From Eledone cirrhosa (Eukaryota), in assembly GCA_964016885.1 (NCBI GenBank), contig OZ024759.1:19406001-19470000 (forward strand): a DNA stretch of 64,000 nucleotides, given 5' to 3'. The translations under genes were made by a program, and so were the position numbers. This document shows, piece by piece, positions 1 to 12,494 of the stretch (the first letter of the stretch is position 1; each line of letters starts with the position of its first letter). A model generated the notes under the pieces. The model did not search any database, was not told where the DNA came from, and was given only the letters and a program-made list of their open reading frames with translations.

Positions 1-344
1 GGTCAACGTGATCAAGGTGATATATGTAACAGAGTGTTGTAGTTTGCTTGAAGCATTGTTGAATAGGAAACACAAATGTAAATAATTTTGAAAACCATAC
101 AATGCACTAGAAAATTAAAATTGCTAAGATAACAATAGAATCTTACGTTAACAAATTTAATAATCCCAAACATTTTCGAGTTTAAAAACCCATTATCAAA
201 GGAGTATCTCTGTGAGACTTGAAGAATGGATCGGATGTGACTTGTGAGGAAGGTAGATTTTAGTTAAATGTAATGTAAATACATTAAAATTTCGAGTGTG
301 CGCATTGTGAAATGTCTGGGAAAAAGTGTATGATATAAGCATGT

Positions 345-770
345 GTGGGTTGGGTGCTTTTTGCCGTACATGACACTTTACAGTGTGGACTGGGTGCTTT
401 TTGCCATGACACCTACACAACTACTTTACAGTGTGGACTGGGTGCTTTTTGTCATGACACCTACACGACCACTTTACAGTGTGGACTGGGTGCTTCTTGT
501 CATGACACCTACATGACCACTTTACAGTGAATGCTGGGTGCTTTTTGTCGTGACACCTACACAACCACTTTACAGTGTGGACTGGGTGCTTCTTGTCATG
601 AAACCTACACGACCACTTTACAGTGTGGACTGGGTGCTTTTTGTCATGACACCTACACGACCACTTTACAGTGTGGACTGGGTGCTTTTTGTCATGACAC
701 CTACACGACCACTTTACAGTGTGGACTGGGTGCTTTTTGTCGTGACACCTACATGACCACTTTACAGTGT
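345..770 (-). repeat. ~49-bp tandem array derived from the RTE/SINE 3'-tail unit
   Basis: repeated ACCACTTTACAGTGTGGACTGGGTGCTTTTTGTCATGACACCTACACG, about 9 copies. Confidence 0.85.
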
Positions 771-863
771 GGGGTGGGGGGGGGGGGGGGTGCATATTAA
801 ACCATATATATATATATATATATAGTGTATAGTACATAAAATTATGTTCACTTTTAATTTTAG

Positions 864-901
864 ATGAACCAGAAGAGTTACCATTCCTGCTGCTAAGTCA
901 A
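864..901 (+). CDS. WDR91: WDR91 orthologue, internal coding exon (first in window; upstream exons lie outside)
   Basis: tag|ATGAACC...AGTCAA|gtaagt; reads (D)EPEELPFLLLSQ, in phase with next exon; resembles PFIVLGQ of human WDR91 (recalled). Confidence 0.8.
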
Positions 902-1327
902 GTAAGTATTGGATACTACACACCACACCACCACCTCACCTAGCCATCACACTACCACACCACCACACTACACCACACCACCACCACACCACCACCACAA
1001 CACACCCCACCACACAGCATTACACCACCCCACCCAGCCATCACATCACCACAATATACCATCACACTACACCACCACCACACCACTCTACAACACCACA
1101 CCACACCACCCCACCTCTACACCCAGCCAACACATCACCACAATATACCACCACACTACATCACCACCACAGCACTATACCACAGCATTACACTACACCA
1201 CCACCCCACAACAGCACTACACCACCCCACCCAGCCATCAAACCACCACACCACCACCACACCCCACCACAACACTACACCACCCCACCCAGCCACCATT
1301 TTCTCAACTTCCTATCATTTTATTCAG

Positions 1328-1422
1328 GAAGAATATGGAGAACATAGGTCTGGCATCTGTTATTGTCGCTTTAGCAATTCTGGCCAGTATGTGGCCAGCC
1401 TGGACGCTGATGGAGTGGTCAA
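1328..1422 (+). CDS. WDR91: WDR91 coding exon
   Basis: cag|...|gtgagt; [31 protein letters not shown](K), like WDR91 EEYGEHHSS...VASLDVDGVIK. Confidence 0.92.
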
Positions 1423-1429
1423 GTGAGTA

Positions 1430-1614
1430 GATACTCTATCTTTCTCTCTATCTTTCTCTCTCTCTCTATCTCTCTGTCTCTCTGTCTCTCTCTCTGTCTC
1501 TGTCTCTCGCTCTCTATCTCTGTCTCTCTCTCTATTCTCTATCTCTCTCTCTATTCTCTATTTTTCTCTGTCTCTCTCTATCTCTGTCTCTGTCTCTCTC
1601 TCTCTATCTATCTT

Positions 1615-1671
<57 letters not shown>

Positions 1672-1714
1672 CTCTCTCTCTCTGTCTCTCTCTCTCTGTC
1701 TCTCTCTGTCTCTC

Positions 1715-1763
<49 letters not shown>

Positions 1764-2437
1764 CCCTCTCTGTCTCTATCTCTGTTTCTCTCTCTCTATC
1801 TATCTCTGTCTCTCTCTTTATCTCTGTCTCTCTCTCTTTTGTGTATGTGTGATTATATGTATGTATGGCTGCATATGTCTGGTTATGTTTGTGTGTGTGT
1901 GTATGTGTGTGTGTGTGTGTGTGTGTGAGTATATGTATGTATGGCTGCATATGTGTGGTTATGTGTGTGTGTGTGTGAGTATGTGTATGTATGGTTGCAT
2001 ATGTGGGTTTATGTGTGTGTGTGTGTGTAAATATATATATGGCTGCCTATGTGTGGTTATGTTTGTGTGTGTGAGTATATGTATGTATGGCTGCATATGT
2101 GGGTTTATGTTTGTGTGTGTGTATATGTATGTATGGCTGTATATGTGTGGTTATGTTTGTGTGTGTGTGTGAGTATATGTATGTATGGCTTCATATGTGG
2201 GTTTATGTTTGTGTGTGAGTATATGTATGTATGTATGGGTGCATATGTGTGGTTATGTTTGTGTGTATGTATGTGTGAGTATATGTATGTATGTATGGGT
2301 GCATATGTGTGGTTATGTTTGTGTGTATGTGTGATTATATGTATGTATGTATGGCTGCATATGTGTTTATATTTGTGTGTGTGATTATATGTATGTATGG
2401 CTACATATGTGGGTTTATGTTTGTGTATGTGTGTGAG
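1430..2437. repeat. (CT)n then (GT/AT)n compound microsatellite
   Basis: direct inspection. Confidence 0.95.
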
Positions 2438-2503
2438 TGTCCCAAATTAAATCTGTTACTATTAATGTTATGTTGATCCTCTATTGATATTGCTGTCCCC
2501 TAG

Positions 2504-2600
2504 GGTGTGGACATGGAGCCCTCAACCAGCCACAAAAGCCACATGTATGGCAAAGTCTCCATTCCTCTCTTTGGAATGGTCACAGAAATCAGACAGACTT
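2504..2600 (+). CDS. WDR91: WDR91 coding exon
   Basis: tag|...|gtaagt; VWTWSPQPATKATCMAKSPFLSLEWSQKSDRL, phase-compatible. Confidence 0.93.
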
Positions 2601-2813
2601 GTAAGTGACAAAATAGTCTTAAATTTTGTTATTGTTGTTGTTGTTGTTGTTGGAGGGGGTAAACTCTGAAATTTGTTACACAACACCTGTCCTACCCATG
2701 CTAGCATGTAAAATGGACCTTAAACGATGATGATGATGATGAAATGATCGTAGAAATGTATTAATTTGAACTATAAAATCTTTGGTTATTCCCCTAAATT
2801 TAAAATATATATA

Positions 2814-3837
2814 CAGTATTCCCTGTAATTCGCGGGGGGTTACATTCATAGACCACCCGTGAAAAGTGAAAAACCACCAATATTGGACGTGGTCCATAAA
2901 AATGCCTATAAATGTCAAAATATAATGTAAAATATAATAAAAAAAAGAGGGAGCCTCTTATGTGAAGGGGCATCCAATAGGCCGGCAAATATAGTACATT
3001 GTTGTTAATAATTTATCGTTAAAAATATATATATTGCCATGAAAAAGCCATAAAAAAAATGGCAACTGACTTGGTAAACACCCACAAAACTATTAACCAC
3101 CTTGCTAACAACAACCCTGAGCACCTGTTTGATTTCCATGTGTCTAACACACATGGCATGCCTACAAAGTCAGAAAACAGCACAGCTCCCATGACTTTCG
3201 GAAACATTTTTTCACGCTCAGAGTTGCTGAAGCATGGAACAAACTACCTGCATCAGTTGTTAGTTGTCAAGACACTGCATCACTGCATCCTTTAAAACCT
3301 CCATGGAACAAACTACCTGCATCAGTTGTTAGCTGTTGAGACACTGCATCCTTTAAAACCTCCATGCAACAAACTACCTGCATCAGTTGTTAGCTGTCGA
3401 GACACTGCATCCTTTAAAACCTCCATGGAACAAACTACCTATATCAGTTATTAGTTGTCGAGACACTGCATCCTTTAAAACCTCCATGGAACGAACTACC
3501 TGCATCAGTTGTTAGCTGCCAAGACACTGCATCCTTTAAAACCTCCATGCTTTCTGAAATTTGCCAACACTACACCTGATATCCCCACTCCATACACGCG
3601 CACACATGTATATCATGACTCATACACTGTTCATTTACCCGACATTTGTACATTATTCTATGTACTATACATGCACCTTTGATGAGTTGTAGTGCACCTG
3701 AGCACTGTACACAATAATTCCATCATTATTATATTTATAATTTAGAGAATATATGGTGGTTTCCACGAAAAATTATTAGTTAGGTTCTAAGGAAAATTCA
3801 ACAAATAACCGGGACCGCGAATGCAGAGGGTACTATG
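2814..3837. mobile_element. Tigger-like (Tc1/mariner) MITE remnant with nested CR1 fragment
   Basis: ends TA-CAGTATTCCCTGTAATTCGCGG ... CCGCGAATGCAGAGGGTACTATG-TA are imperfect TIRs. Confidence 0.55.
3075..3730 (+). mobile_element. CR1-like LINE 3' end with internal ~60-bp tandem amplification
   Basis: reads AYKVRKQHSSHDFRKHFFTLRVAEAWNKLPASVVSC.DTASFK; WNKLP block repeated 5 times. Confidence 0.7.
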
Positions 3838-3911
3838 TATATGTGTGTGTGCGTATGATGTAACATGCTGCTGTGTTGTAATATGGTAAAGCTAACCCTC
3901 TCTACTTTCAG

Positions 3912-4006
3912 TTACTTCTGGGCAATCGATCCGGAAACATCCGATTGTTTGATGTGAAAGACAAAAGGTCAGTGGTTGAGGCCTGCACTGACCAGAGTTA
4001 TCCCAG
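3912..4006 (+). CDS. WDR91: WDR91 coding exon
   Basis: cag|...|gtaagg; LLLGNRSGNIRLFDVKDKRSVVEACTDQSYP(R). Confidence 0.92.
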
Positions 4007-5015
4007 GTAAGGACACACCTGATCTCACCTCACCTGACCTCACCTGGCCTTTTGAGGACAAGACCACACTAACCCTAGAGAATATTGGTGCATTGTTTTG
4101 TTACCGCTGGTTGGTATTGGAGAATGAGAGAGACTTTAATGGGCTGGGTGAGTGAGGGAGAGGCTTAAGTGGGCTGAGTGAGAGAGAGAGTGGGTGAGTG
4201 AGTGAGTGAGAGAGAGAGAGAGACACTTGAGTGGGATGGCTGAGTGAGGGAGAAAGACATGAGTAGACTGGATGATTGTGAAAGAGAGAGTGGGCTGAGT
4301 GATGGAGAGAGACTGAATGGGCTGGTTGACTAAGAGAGAGAGAGCGACTTGAGTGGGCTAGGTGAGTGAGAGAGATAGAGAGACTAAATTAGCTGGCAGA
4401 GAGAGAGAGAGACTTAAGTGGCCTAGGTGAGTGAAAGAGAGAGAGAGAAAGAGAGACTAAATGAGCTGGCTGAGAATGAGACTTAAGCGGCCTAGGTTTG
4501 TGAAAGAGAGAGAGAGAGACTAAATGAGTTGGTTGAGTGAGAGAGAGAGAGACTTGAGTGGGCTTGGTGAGAGAGAGAGAGAGAGAGAAAGAGAGACTAA
4601 ATGAGTTGGTTGAGTGAGGGAGAGAGAGAGAGAGAGAAAGAGAGACTAAATGAGTTGGTTGAGTGAGGGAGAGAGAGAGAGAGACTTGAGTGGGCTTGGT
4701 GAGTGAAAGAGCAAGAGAGACTAAATGAGCTGGTTGAGTGAGAGAGAGACTTGCGTGGGCTAGGTGAGTGAGAGAGACTGACTAAATGGGCTGGTGAGGG
4801 AGAGTGCTAAACTTGAGTGATAGACCAGTGCGTTACTGGTACTTTATTTTATCGACCCCGTAAGGATGAAAAGCAAAGTTAAGCTCGGCGGGATTTCAAC
4901 TTAGAACATAAAGGACCATAACTCTATGCTGCAAAGCATGGTGTCTGATGCTCTACTGATGCTGCCAATCCACTGCTGTGGTATAATAATGGTTAAATTG
5001 TGTTTAATATTCCAG

Positions 5016-5184
5016 AATCTGTTGTCTGTGCAGCAGTCCATCAACTAACCAGTTTGTGTGTTCAGCTACAACCAGTAAGATGAAGAGTGGTACTGTCACT
5101 AGTGGCAACGGTAACCAAGCAACACCAGTGGCCAGTCGTATTGGTAGACTGTCTATCTGGAATTTGAAGACTATGAAAATGGAG
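5016..5184 (+). CDS. WDR91: WDR91 coding exon
   Basis: cag|...|gtaagc; ICCLCSSPSTNQFVCSATT...GRLSIWNLKTMKME. Confidence 0.92.
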
Positions 5185-5575
5185 GTAAGCCTTCTCTTCA
5201 TGCATATGCACACATGCAAACATGCACGCATACATGCAGATGCAGACGTGCACACACACTACTACTACTACTTTGACGCTAAACTCCCCCAATTGCAGAC
5301 TGCGCATCAGCATGAGATATTTTTCTCCACAAAGTTCAATCACCACCAACAGAGTTTAAAGAGCAAATATCAAGTCCAGTCCATAGGTTGACATCATCAA
5401 GCCATCGTTTTGGCTGCCGGCCTCTGCTTCTCTTACCACACACACATACACACAGAACATAAAGGGCCATAACTCTATGCTACAAAGCATAGTGTCTGCC
5501 GCTCTACTGTTACTACCAATCCACTGCCCTATAAATAGGACAGCCTATTTATGAGGACAGCTAGTTATTTTTGAT

Positions 5576-5925
5576 GGAGGCACATGGCTTAGTGGTTAGA
5601 GCATTGGCCTTGCAATCGAAAGGTTGTGAGTTCAATTCTCAGACCGGGTGATGTGTTGTTTCCTTGAGCAAGACACTTTATTTCACATTGCTCCAGTTTA
5701 CTCAGCTGTAGAAATGAGATGATAGGGACTGGGGTCCCTATCATTCCACTGCAAAGTGGTCGTGGAGGCGCCACGGCAAAAAAGCACCCAGCACTCACTG
5801 TAAATGAGGTTGGTGTTAGGAAGGGTATCCAGTTGTAGAAATCAAGCCAGAATCAGTCCCCGTCCCACCCTTGCAAGCAGGGAAAAGCGGACGTAAAATG
5901 ATGATGATGATCATGATGATGATGA
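5576..5925 (+). mobile_element. tRNA-derived SINE family B (CORE-like centre, RTE-type tail); copies also ~10370-10772(-), 14488-15110(+), 33228-33560(+), 40165-40477(-), 50606-50945(+), 62325-62668(-)
   Basis: A box TGGCTTAGTGG, B box GAGTTCAATTC, CCTTGAGCAAGACACTT centre, (ATG)n tail; many near-identical copies. Confidence 0.88.
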
Positions 5926-6059
5926 ACAGATGGCCCAAGAATATATTCTCCATCCTGGGACTGGTGCCATAAATCCTACCATCAGGAGAATTCTTCTATT
6001 GCCTTCTCTGCAAAGTTTCAGCTCCCATACTGGCTGATTCTATTTATCTATCTACTAGT

Positions 6060-6345
6060 AAAATAGCAAAATAAGAGCATGTGTGTAGTCGCGCCAAAAG
6101 GCTTCAAAACCTTCTGACACAGAGATATCCACATGAAAGGGCCAATGTGCCGAACACAGAAGAGCCGAACTCCCACTGTCATCACCTCCATCTCTCTCGC
6201 CCTCCCCATCTTGCTGTATTATGAGCAAATGGGGTCCCACATGCTGGCCTCCCCACAGCCTCGGCAGACAGAATAGAGAAGGCATTTCCTCGGGGGATGG
6301 TAAGGGAGATGCGCTGGAAGAGCCATTCCTATTGGTGGCCATGTC
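6060..6345 (-). mobile_element. CRE-like non-LTR retrotransposon 3' fragment
   Basis: minus strand EWLFQRISLTIPRGNAFSILS, same C-terminal motif as 33618-34597. Confidence 0.6.
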
Positions 6346-6416
6346 CGTAAGGGAAAGCATTTCTTTTGCTACATCCCCACACACACACGCACATGTCAGA
6401 CCCCTGTCAATTTCAA

Positions 6417-6828
6417 CCCTTTAGCAGTTACTATTCATGGAGGTGGGTTGGCAGTATTGGTAGACGGTCGGATGCCATGCTTTTCAGCATAGAGTTACGA
6501 CCCTTTACGGTTTGAGTTCAAATCCAGCCGAGGTTAACTTTGCCTTTCGTCCTTACGGGGTTGATAAAAAAAAGTACCAGTAATGCACTGGGATAATTGC
6601 TGGCCTTGTGCCAAAAGCAGAAAAAATATTCTATATTTACTATTATATTTTCATGATAGAGGCTAACCTAACATAATTATCTCACATAATATCGAATCTA
6701 TGAGAGTTTGTATTAATTATGTTGAGAACAATCCCTTAACATGAGTATGAATGACCAGTTACAGTCGGTTTGAACAGAAAGAGGTGAGAGAATTCTGGCC
6801 AGATATGGCAGGTTTAAATGCTAAAGGG
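6417..6828. mobile_element. piggyBac-like MITE with nested SINE; family copies ~21935-22142, 38818-39034, 55857-56062, 59387-59815, 60067-60287, 62909-63129
   Basis: TIR CCCTTTAGCATT/AATGCTAAAGGG; TTAA on both sides at the 38818, 60067 and 62909 copies. Confidence 0.8.
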
Positions 6829-7159
6829 TTACATGTGACTGTGCCAACTTCTGAGTCAATGGAACAGCATTCTGATGAAATTAATCCTATTTCAAACACA
6901 AGCCATGGATCAACCTGAAGTTACTGTAAACACTTGCCATTTGGTATCTTAAGCAAGAGTCATTTACCATATCCATGGATTGACCCATGTCTTTGGAGTG
7001 GAATTTGGTATACAGAAACTGCTTGGAAGCCTGCTAAATGGCCTATTGTATCTGTAATTCAAAAGTCAACCTTGCCACATTGAATCTCCCTGAGAATTGT
7101 GTTATGGGTTCACGTGTCTGTGGAATACTCAGCCACTTACACTATTATACAAAACAGAC

Positions 7160-7710
7160 TGTACCAGTAATTCAAAGGGGGCAGCTTTGTCATACACTGT
7201 GACATGCTGAATCTCCCTGAGAATTATGGTACGGATGAACTGTACCTGTAATTCAAAGGGCCTGCCTTGTCACACACTGTGACATGCTGAATCTCCCTGA
7301 GAATTATGGTACGGATGAACTGTGCCTGTAATTCAAAGGGCCCGCCTTGTCACACACTGTGACATGCTGAATCACCCTGAGAATTATGGTACGGATGAAC
7401 TGTGCCTGTAATTCAAAGGGCCTGCCTTGTCACACACTGTGACATGCTGAATCTCCCTGAGAATTATGGTACGGATGAACTGTACCTGTAATTCAAAGGG
7501 GGCAGCTTTGTCATACACTGTGACATGCTGAATCTCCCTGAGAATTATGGTACGGATGAACTGTACCTGTAATTCAAAGGGCCCGCCTTGTCACACACTG
7601 TGACATGCTGAATCTCCCTGAGAATTATGGTACGGATGAACTGTGCCTGTAATTCAAAGGGCCCGCCTTGTCACACACTGTGTCATGCCGAATCTCCCTG
7701 AGGATTATGT
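7160..7710 (+). repeat. 80-bp tandem array (~7 copies) inside a dispersed repeat also present at ~27640-27850
   Basis: CTGTAATTCAAAGGG...GCTGAATCTCCCTGAGAATT recurs with an 80-bp period. Confidence 0.88.
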
Positions 7711-7806
7711 TAAGGGTACACATATCTGTGGAATGCTCAGCCACTTACAAGTTAATCACACATACACACACAACACTAACCTACAACTTAACCATTTGTA
7801 TTACAG

Positions 7807-7918
7807 AAAACCTTACCAATTGACGGTGGTGGGTTTGTGGCCATCAACTGCTGTGCCTTCAACCACAATGGTCAGTTGCTGATTGTTGGTGGAGTGGACG
7901 GAGCTGTCAGAATGTTTG
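7807..7918 (+). CDS. WDR91: WDR91 coding exon (WD40 repeat)
   Basis: cag|...|gtaagt; [37 protein letters not shown](D), like AINCTAFNHNGNLL. Confidence 0.95.
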
Positions 7919-7944
7919 GTAAGTTTTTATCTAGCTATCTATCT

Positions 7945-8265
7945 GGGTGAAAGTGGCGAGAATGGCCCGTGTGAATGGGCCTTCACTCTACATCAGACTA
8001 TAGGTGAGGAAGATGAAAGACCAAGGGAGCACCCCTTCTCTGTGCTCCTGAGGAAAAGGGTTGCACACTTTTTTTCGGGGGTGTGTGTGCGACCCCCCAA
8101 GGCGCCTCCTCTTTATTGAGGATTTTGTTATAAATTTTATTCTGTTATATTTTATTTTATTTTTATATTTTGTTATTGCCTCCTTCTTATTGAGGACGCC
8201 TTGTTTTGTAAACTCCCCCCATTGTACTTGTCCCACTTTTGATGCCCTGGTGGCAAATTAAAGAA
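7945..8265 (+). mobile_element. L1/Tx1-like LINE extreme 3' end
   Basis: [10 protein letters not shown] tail and 3' UTR homologous to 8878-9170. Confidence 0.7.
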
Positions 8266-8394
8266 ACATATCTATCTATCAATCAATCTATTTATCTATC
8301 TATCTATTTATTTTTGTTTCTATCTATCTGTTTGTCTATTTATCTCTCTCACTATATATCTATCTACCTATCTATCTATTTATCTATCTATCTT

Positions 8395-9170
8395 TCCGCC
8401 TGGGACCGATGGACAACTTCCAAAAGTCCCTGGCCTGGCAGTGCTACCGAGGAGCTCTACCAGTTCGAGACAAGCTCTACAGACATGGGCGCCCGGGCAG
8501 GGACCCTGCAAAAAAGATCTGTCCGAGGTGCGTGCGAGACGAAGAAACCGCCGCGCACGCATTCATACAGTGCCCGGGCGTCACTGACCTGTGGGGCTAT
8601 GTAGAACGACTATTGTCGCGGGTGGGACCAATCCGGTTGACCACCGAGTCCATTGTCATGATCAAACTGCCACCCTCCTTCAAAAACGAAGGAGAGGCGG
8701 TTTTCCTTTGTGTGATAGCTATGGCGAAAGAGGTTGTATGGTGGACAAGGTTGAAAGGGCTGAGGTCAGACACCTTTCTCTCCGGCCAACAACTGATTCT
8801 TTTTTTCAAATACCTCTTTGGAAGAAGAATCAGGATGGAGAGAGAGGTGCTGTACCCCAGCAAGTTTTATGAAAGGTGGGTGAAAGTGGCGAGAATGGCC
8901 CGAGTGAATGGGCCTTCTCTCTATATCAGCCTGTAAGTTGAGGAAAAGGAGGAGGAGAGGAAAGGAGTACAAACTCTTCGTACTCCTGGAGATGAGGGTT
9001 GCACATTTTTTGGGGGGTGTGTTACCCATATAAACTGTCTCCCTCTATTGGGGAAAATCGACTAACTTTTTAAATTCCATTTGTGATAACATTTTACACA
9101 TTTTTATTGTATGTAAACTTCCCCCTTTGTATTTGTCCCCTTCTTTTGTGCCCCTGTGGCTAATAAAGAA
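8395..9170 (+). mobile_element. L1/Tx1-like LINE 5'-truncated copy (zf-RVT C-terminus)
   Basis: ORF 8409-8936 with LPV..KL...CPRC...ETAAHAFIQC CCHC motif; embedded in (TCTA)n. Confidence 0.82.
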
Positions 9171-9477
9171 ATATATCTATTTATCTTTCTATCTATTTAT
9201 CTTTCTATCTATTTATCTTTCTATCTATTTATCTTTCTATCTATTTATCTTTCTATCTATTTATCTTTCAATCTAATTATCTTTCTATCTATTTATCTTT
9301 CTATCTAATTATCTTTCTATCTAATTATCTTTCTATCTATTTATCTTTCTATCTAATTATCTTTCTATCTATTTATCTTTCTATTTTTCTGACAATCTTG
9401 CTATTTATCTGCTATTTGGTTTATCTTCCTCTCCTGTTGTTCCTCTGTGTTGTTTACTTTTCTATTTTAAATTCCAG

Positions 9478-9590
9478 ACATGCAACAACAGAAGTCTATA
9501 GCCACGTGGGCCACCCATGAGGGTGAAGTCCTGTCATTACAGTTCAGTTCTGATGAGACATCTTGTTTCACGATGGGCCTGGATAATAAG
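9478..9590 (+). CDS. WDR91: WDR91 coding exon (WD40 repeat)
   Basis: cag|...|gtaaca; MQQQKSIATWATHEGEVLSLQFSSDETSCFTMGLDNK. Confidence 0.95.
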
Positions 9591-9612
9591 GTAACAGCTA
9601 TTTCATTTAACC

Positions 9613-10285
9613 CAAAGGTTCTCAAACTTTTTGCGCCACTGCCCACCTCTCGCAGCTATATTATACCCTCAGTGCTCCCCAACCCTATTTCCAGAGAGAC
9701 CCGCCTACACGCAAATTGTAAATAATATATAATAAATAAAATCGTTAATTTATATATAATAAATAATTGTTTCTACTTTTGGCACAAGGCCAGCAATTAC
9801 CCGAGTGCATTACTGGTGCTTTATTTTATCGACCCCGTAAGGACGAAAGGCAAAGTTAACCTCGGTGGGATTTGAAGTCAGAACGTAAAGGGCCATAATT
9901 CTATGCCTCAAAGCATGGCGTCCATCGCTCTACCGATACTGTCAATACTATGTATAAATAAATATTATAGAGAGGGCCCCTGAGTCCAGTAAGACATCGT
10001 CTCTAGTGCTGGTGGCACGAATAAAAGCACCCAGTCCATGCTGTAAAGTGGTGCTGGTGTTAGGAAGGGCATCCAACCAATATATATTTACTACTGCCAA
10101 AAACTATGAGCACAACAAATGAGAATTTTTATTTTACTATATTCATATATAATATGTATCATTTGATATCTAATACACTACTATATCATCTCTACCACAC
10201 CAACCGCACACCCTTAGGCCCCAGCGTCCCCTGGACCTTCTTAAAACCACCCAGGGAACAGTAGCGGCCACTTTCAGAACCTCTG
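9613..10285. mobile_element. hAT (Charlie-like) MITE with nested SINEs
   Basis: TIRs CAAAGGTTCTCAAA / TTTCAGAACCTCTG; 8-bp TSD ATTTAACC/ATTTAGCC. Confidence 0.75.
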
Positions 10286-10797
10286 ATTTAGCCCTAAAAT
10301 CCCTCCCCTGGCATTTAAGATTCTCTCCATTGAGGGGTTAAAATCTTCCCATTAGAAAATCACTGTACTCATCATCACCGTTTTACGTCCGTTCTTCTAC
10401 GCTAGCATGGGTTAGACAGGTTGTCCTGTTGTGGGCAGTGTCTGGTCAGCTGAACTTGTCTTGCTCATACGGGAACTGATTCTGGCTTGATTTCTACAGC
10501 TGGATGCCCTTCCTAACACCAACCTCATTTACAGTGAGTGTTGGGTGCTTTTTTTTCCGTGGCGCCTACACGTCCACTTTACAGTGTGGGCTGGGTGCTT
10601 TTTTGCCGTGGCACCTCCACGACCACTTGCATTTCATTTCTACAGCTGAGTAAAGTGGAGCAATGTGAAATAAAGTGTCTTGCTCAAGGAAACAACACAT
10701 CACCCGGTATGAGAAGTGAACTCACAACCTTTCGATTGCAAGCCCAATACTCTAACCACTAAGCCACACGCCTAACCAATTTAATTCTTCCTTGTAG

Positions 10798-10989
10798 TTC
10801 TACCAATGGAGCATTCTTCAGCCTGGCAAGAAACTGGCAGAGTTTCCCATCTTCCATACAGCAACATCACCAATCATTATCAACAAACCCTTTTCTAGCC
10901 GTGAGACGGTGTATGGCCGATCGTTTGCCTTTGACTGTGAAGGGCGTTACATGTTGACCTGTCATAAGAACGAAGGGATTATATATGAG
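10798..10989 (+). CDS. WDR91: WDR91 coding exon
   Basis: tag|...|gttagt; FYQWSILQPGKK...GRSFAFDCEGRYMLTCHKNEGIIYE, like GRLFAFDSEGNYMLTC. Confidence 0.95.
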
Positions 10990-11172
10990 GTTAGTAAACT
11001 ATGAACGTTATTCTCTCTCTCTTATTCTCTCTCATTCTCTCTCCCTTGCTCTGATATTTTTTCTTTCCTTTCTTCCTTCCTTCCTTCAAATGTGTTTGTA
11101 TATGTGTGTGTATATATATATATATATATAATAAAAACAAAGTGGAGGTGTTACATAGGAGATTTATTGTTC

Positions 11173-11267
11173 AACCCTGTTACAAATGTTTCCCAGGCAG
11201 CCAGCTTGTGATCTGGGCTGGAACCTCAGACCAGACTCCAAGTCTGCCTGATCCTCAGACCAGTGTT
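11173..11267 (-). ncRNA. Type-I hammerhead motif with extended stem II
   Basis: minus strand AACACTGGT-CTGAGGA-TCAGGCAG...CTGCCTGG-GAAA-CATTTG-TA-ACAGGGTT, followed by AATAAA. Confidence 0.7.
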
Positions 11268-11639
11268 AACACAACAAAAATTACATCAAATTTGAAGATG
11301 AACCAACCAGACACAAACAACCCCAGAATTCAACGGGTGCACATATCCTGAGCATTACAAGAAAATAACTCTTTTGCACACATATATATAAATATATAAA
11401 TATATATATATAACAAAGAAAGTGTGGTAAAAACCAGGTGGACCATAACACAGTACTGAGGGTAGTAGAGTGGGTAATAGAAAAAGAGTCAGGACCCCCA
11501 CGTCTGAACTCTGGCCGTTTCAGCAGCTAGATCCAAACTAAGCCAGACTGTTGGCTTTGGTCAGATCTAGCTGTCAAAATGGCCGGAGTTCAGCCATCGG
11601 GGTCCAGAATCTTATCCTATATATATATATATATATACA

Positions 11640-12060
11640 GTGGCACGAATAAAAACACCCAGTCCATGCTGTAAAATGGAGGTGTGGATAGGGCCCTTGA
11701 GTCCAGTAAGACACCCTCTCTAGTGCTGGTGGCACGAATAAAAGGACCTAGTCCATGCTGTAAAATGGAGGGGTAGAGAGGGCCCATGAGTCCAGTAAGA
11801 CGACCTCTCTAGTGCTGGTGGCACGAATAAAAGGACCTAGTCCATGCTGTAAAATGGAGGGATGGATAGGGCCCCTGAGTCCAGTAAGACACCCTCTCTA
11901 GTGCTGGTGGCACGAATAAAAGCACCGAGTCCATGCTGTAAAATGGAGGGGTAGAGAGGGCCCCTGAGTCCAGTAAGACGACCTCTCTAGTGCTGGTGGC
12001 ACGAATAAAAGCACCCAGTCCATGCTGTAAAGTGGTGCTGGTGTTAGGAAGGGCATCCAA
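11640..12060 (+). repeat. 89-bp tandem array of an RTE/SINE tail variant
   Basis: TGGCACGAATAAAA recurs every 89 bp, about 4.5 copies. Confidence 0.88.
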
Positions 12061-12494
12061 CCAGTATAATTGTTTCTACTTTTGGCACAAGACCAGCAAT
12101 TACCCAGTATATTACTGGTACTTTATTTTATCGACCCCGTAAGGATGAAAGGCAAATTTAACCTCAGCGGGATTTGAACTCAGAATGGCAAGGACCGTAA
12201 CTCTAATCGTCAAAGCATGGTGTCCCTCTACCGATACTGTCAATCCACCGCCAGTATAATAAATGCCAAAATTATGAGCACAACAATATATGTTCAGTAT
12301 TTCCGTAGAAAATGTATAGGGAAGAAGAGTGCTCTATGTATTGTACAGAGCTATTTAGTTATGTAATAAACAGCACAATATAATTATTCCATTACTGAAG
12401 GTTTCAAGAAACTCATGGTTCTTACAGAAATGTCTAGCCCATTCGTCAATAACTTCAACTAATTTATTTACATTTTTTTTTTAAACACTTTAGT

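Noticed and set aside
5576-5650. tRNA gene (A and B boxes)
   Set aside because: tRNA-derived head of a multi-copy SINE; no closed acceptor stem seen.
11485-11612. Hairpin family (also 39601-39712) with GAAA-CGGCC / GAAA-CAGCTG as hammerhead
   Set aside because: Real inverted/dispersed repeat, but no CUGANGA core could be placed.
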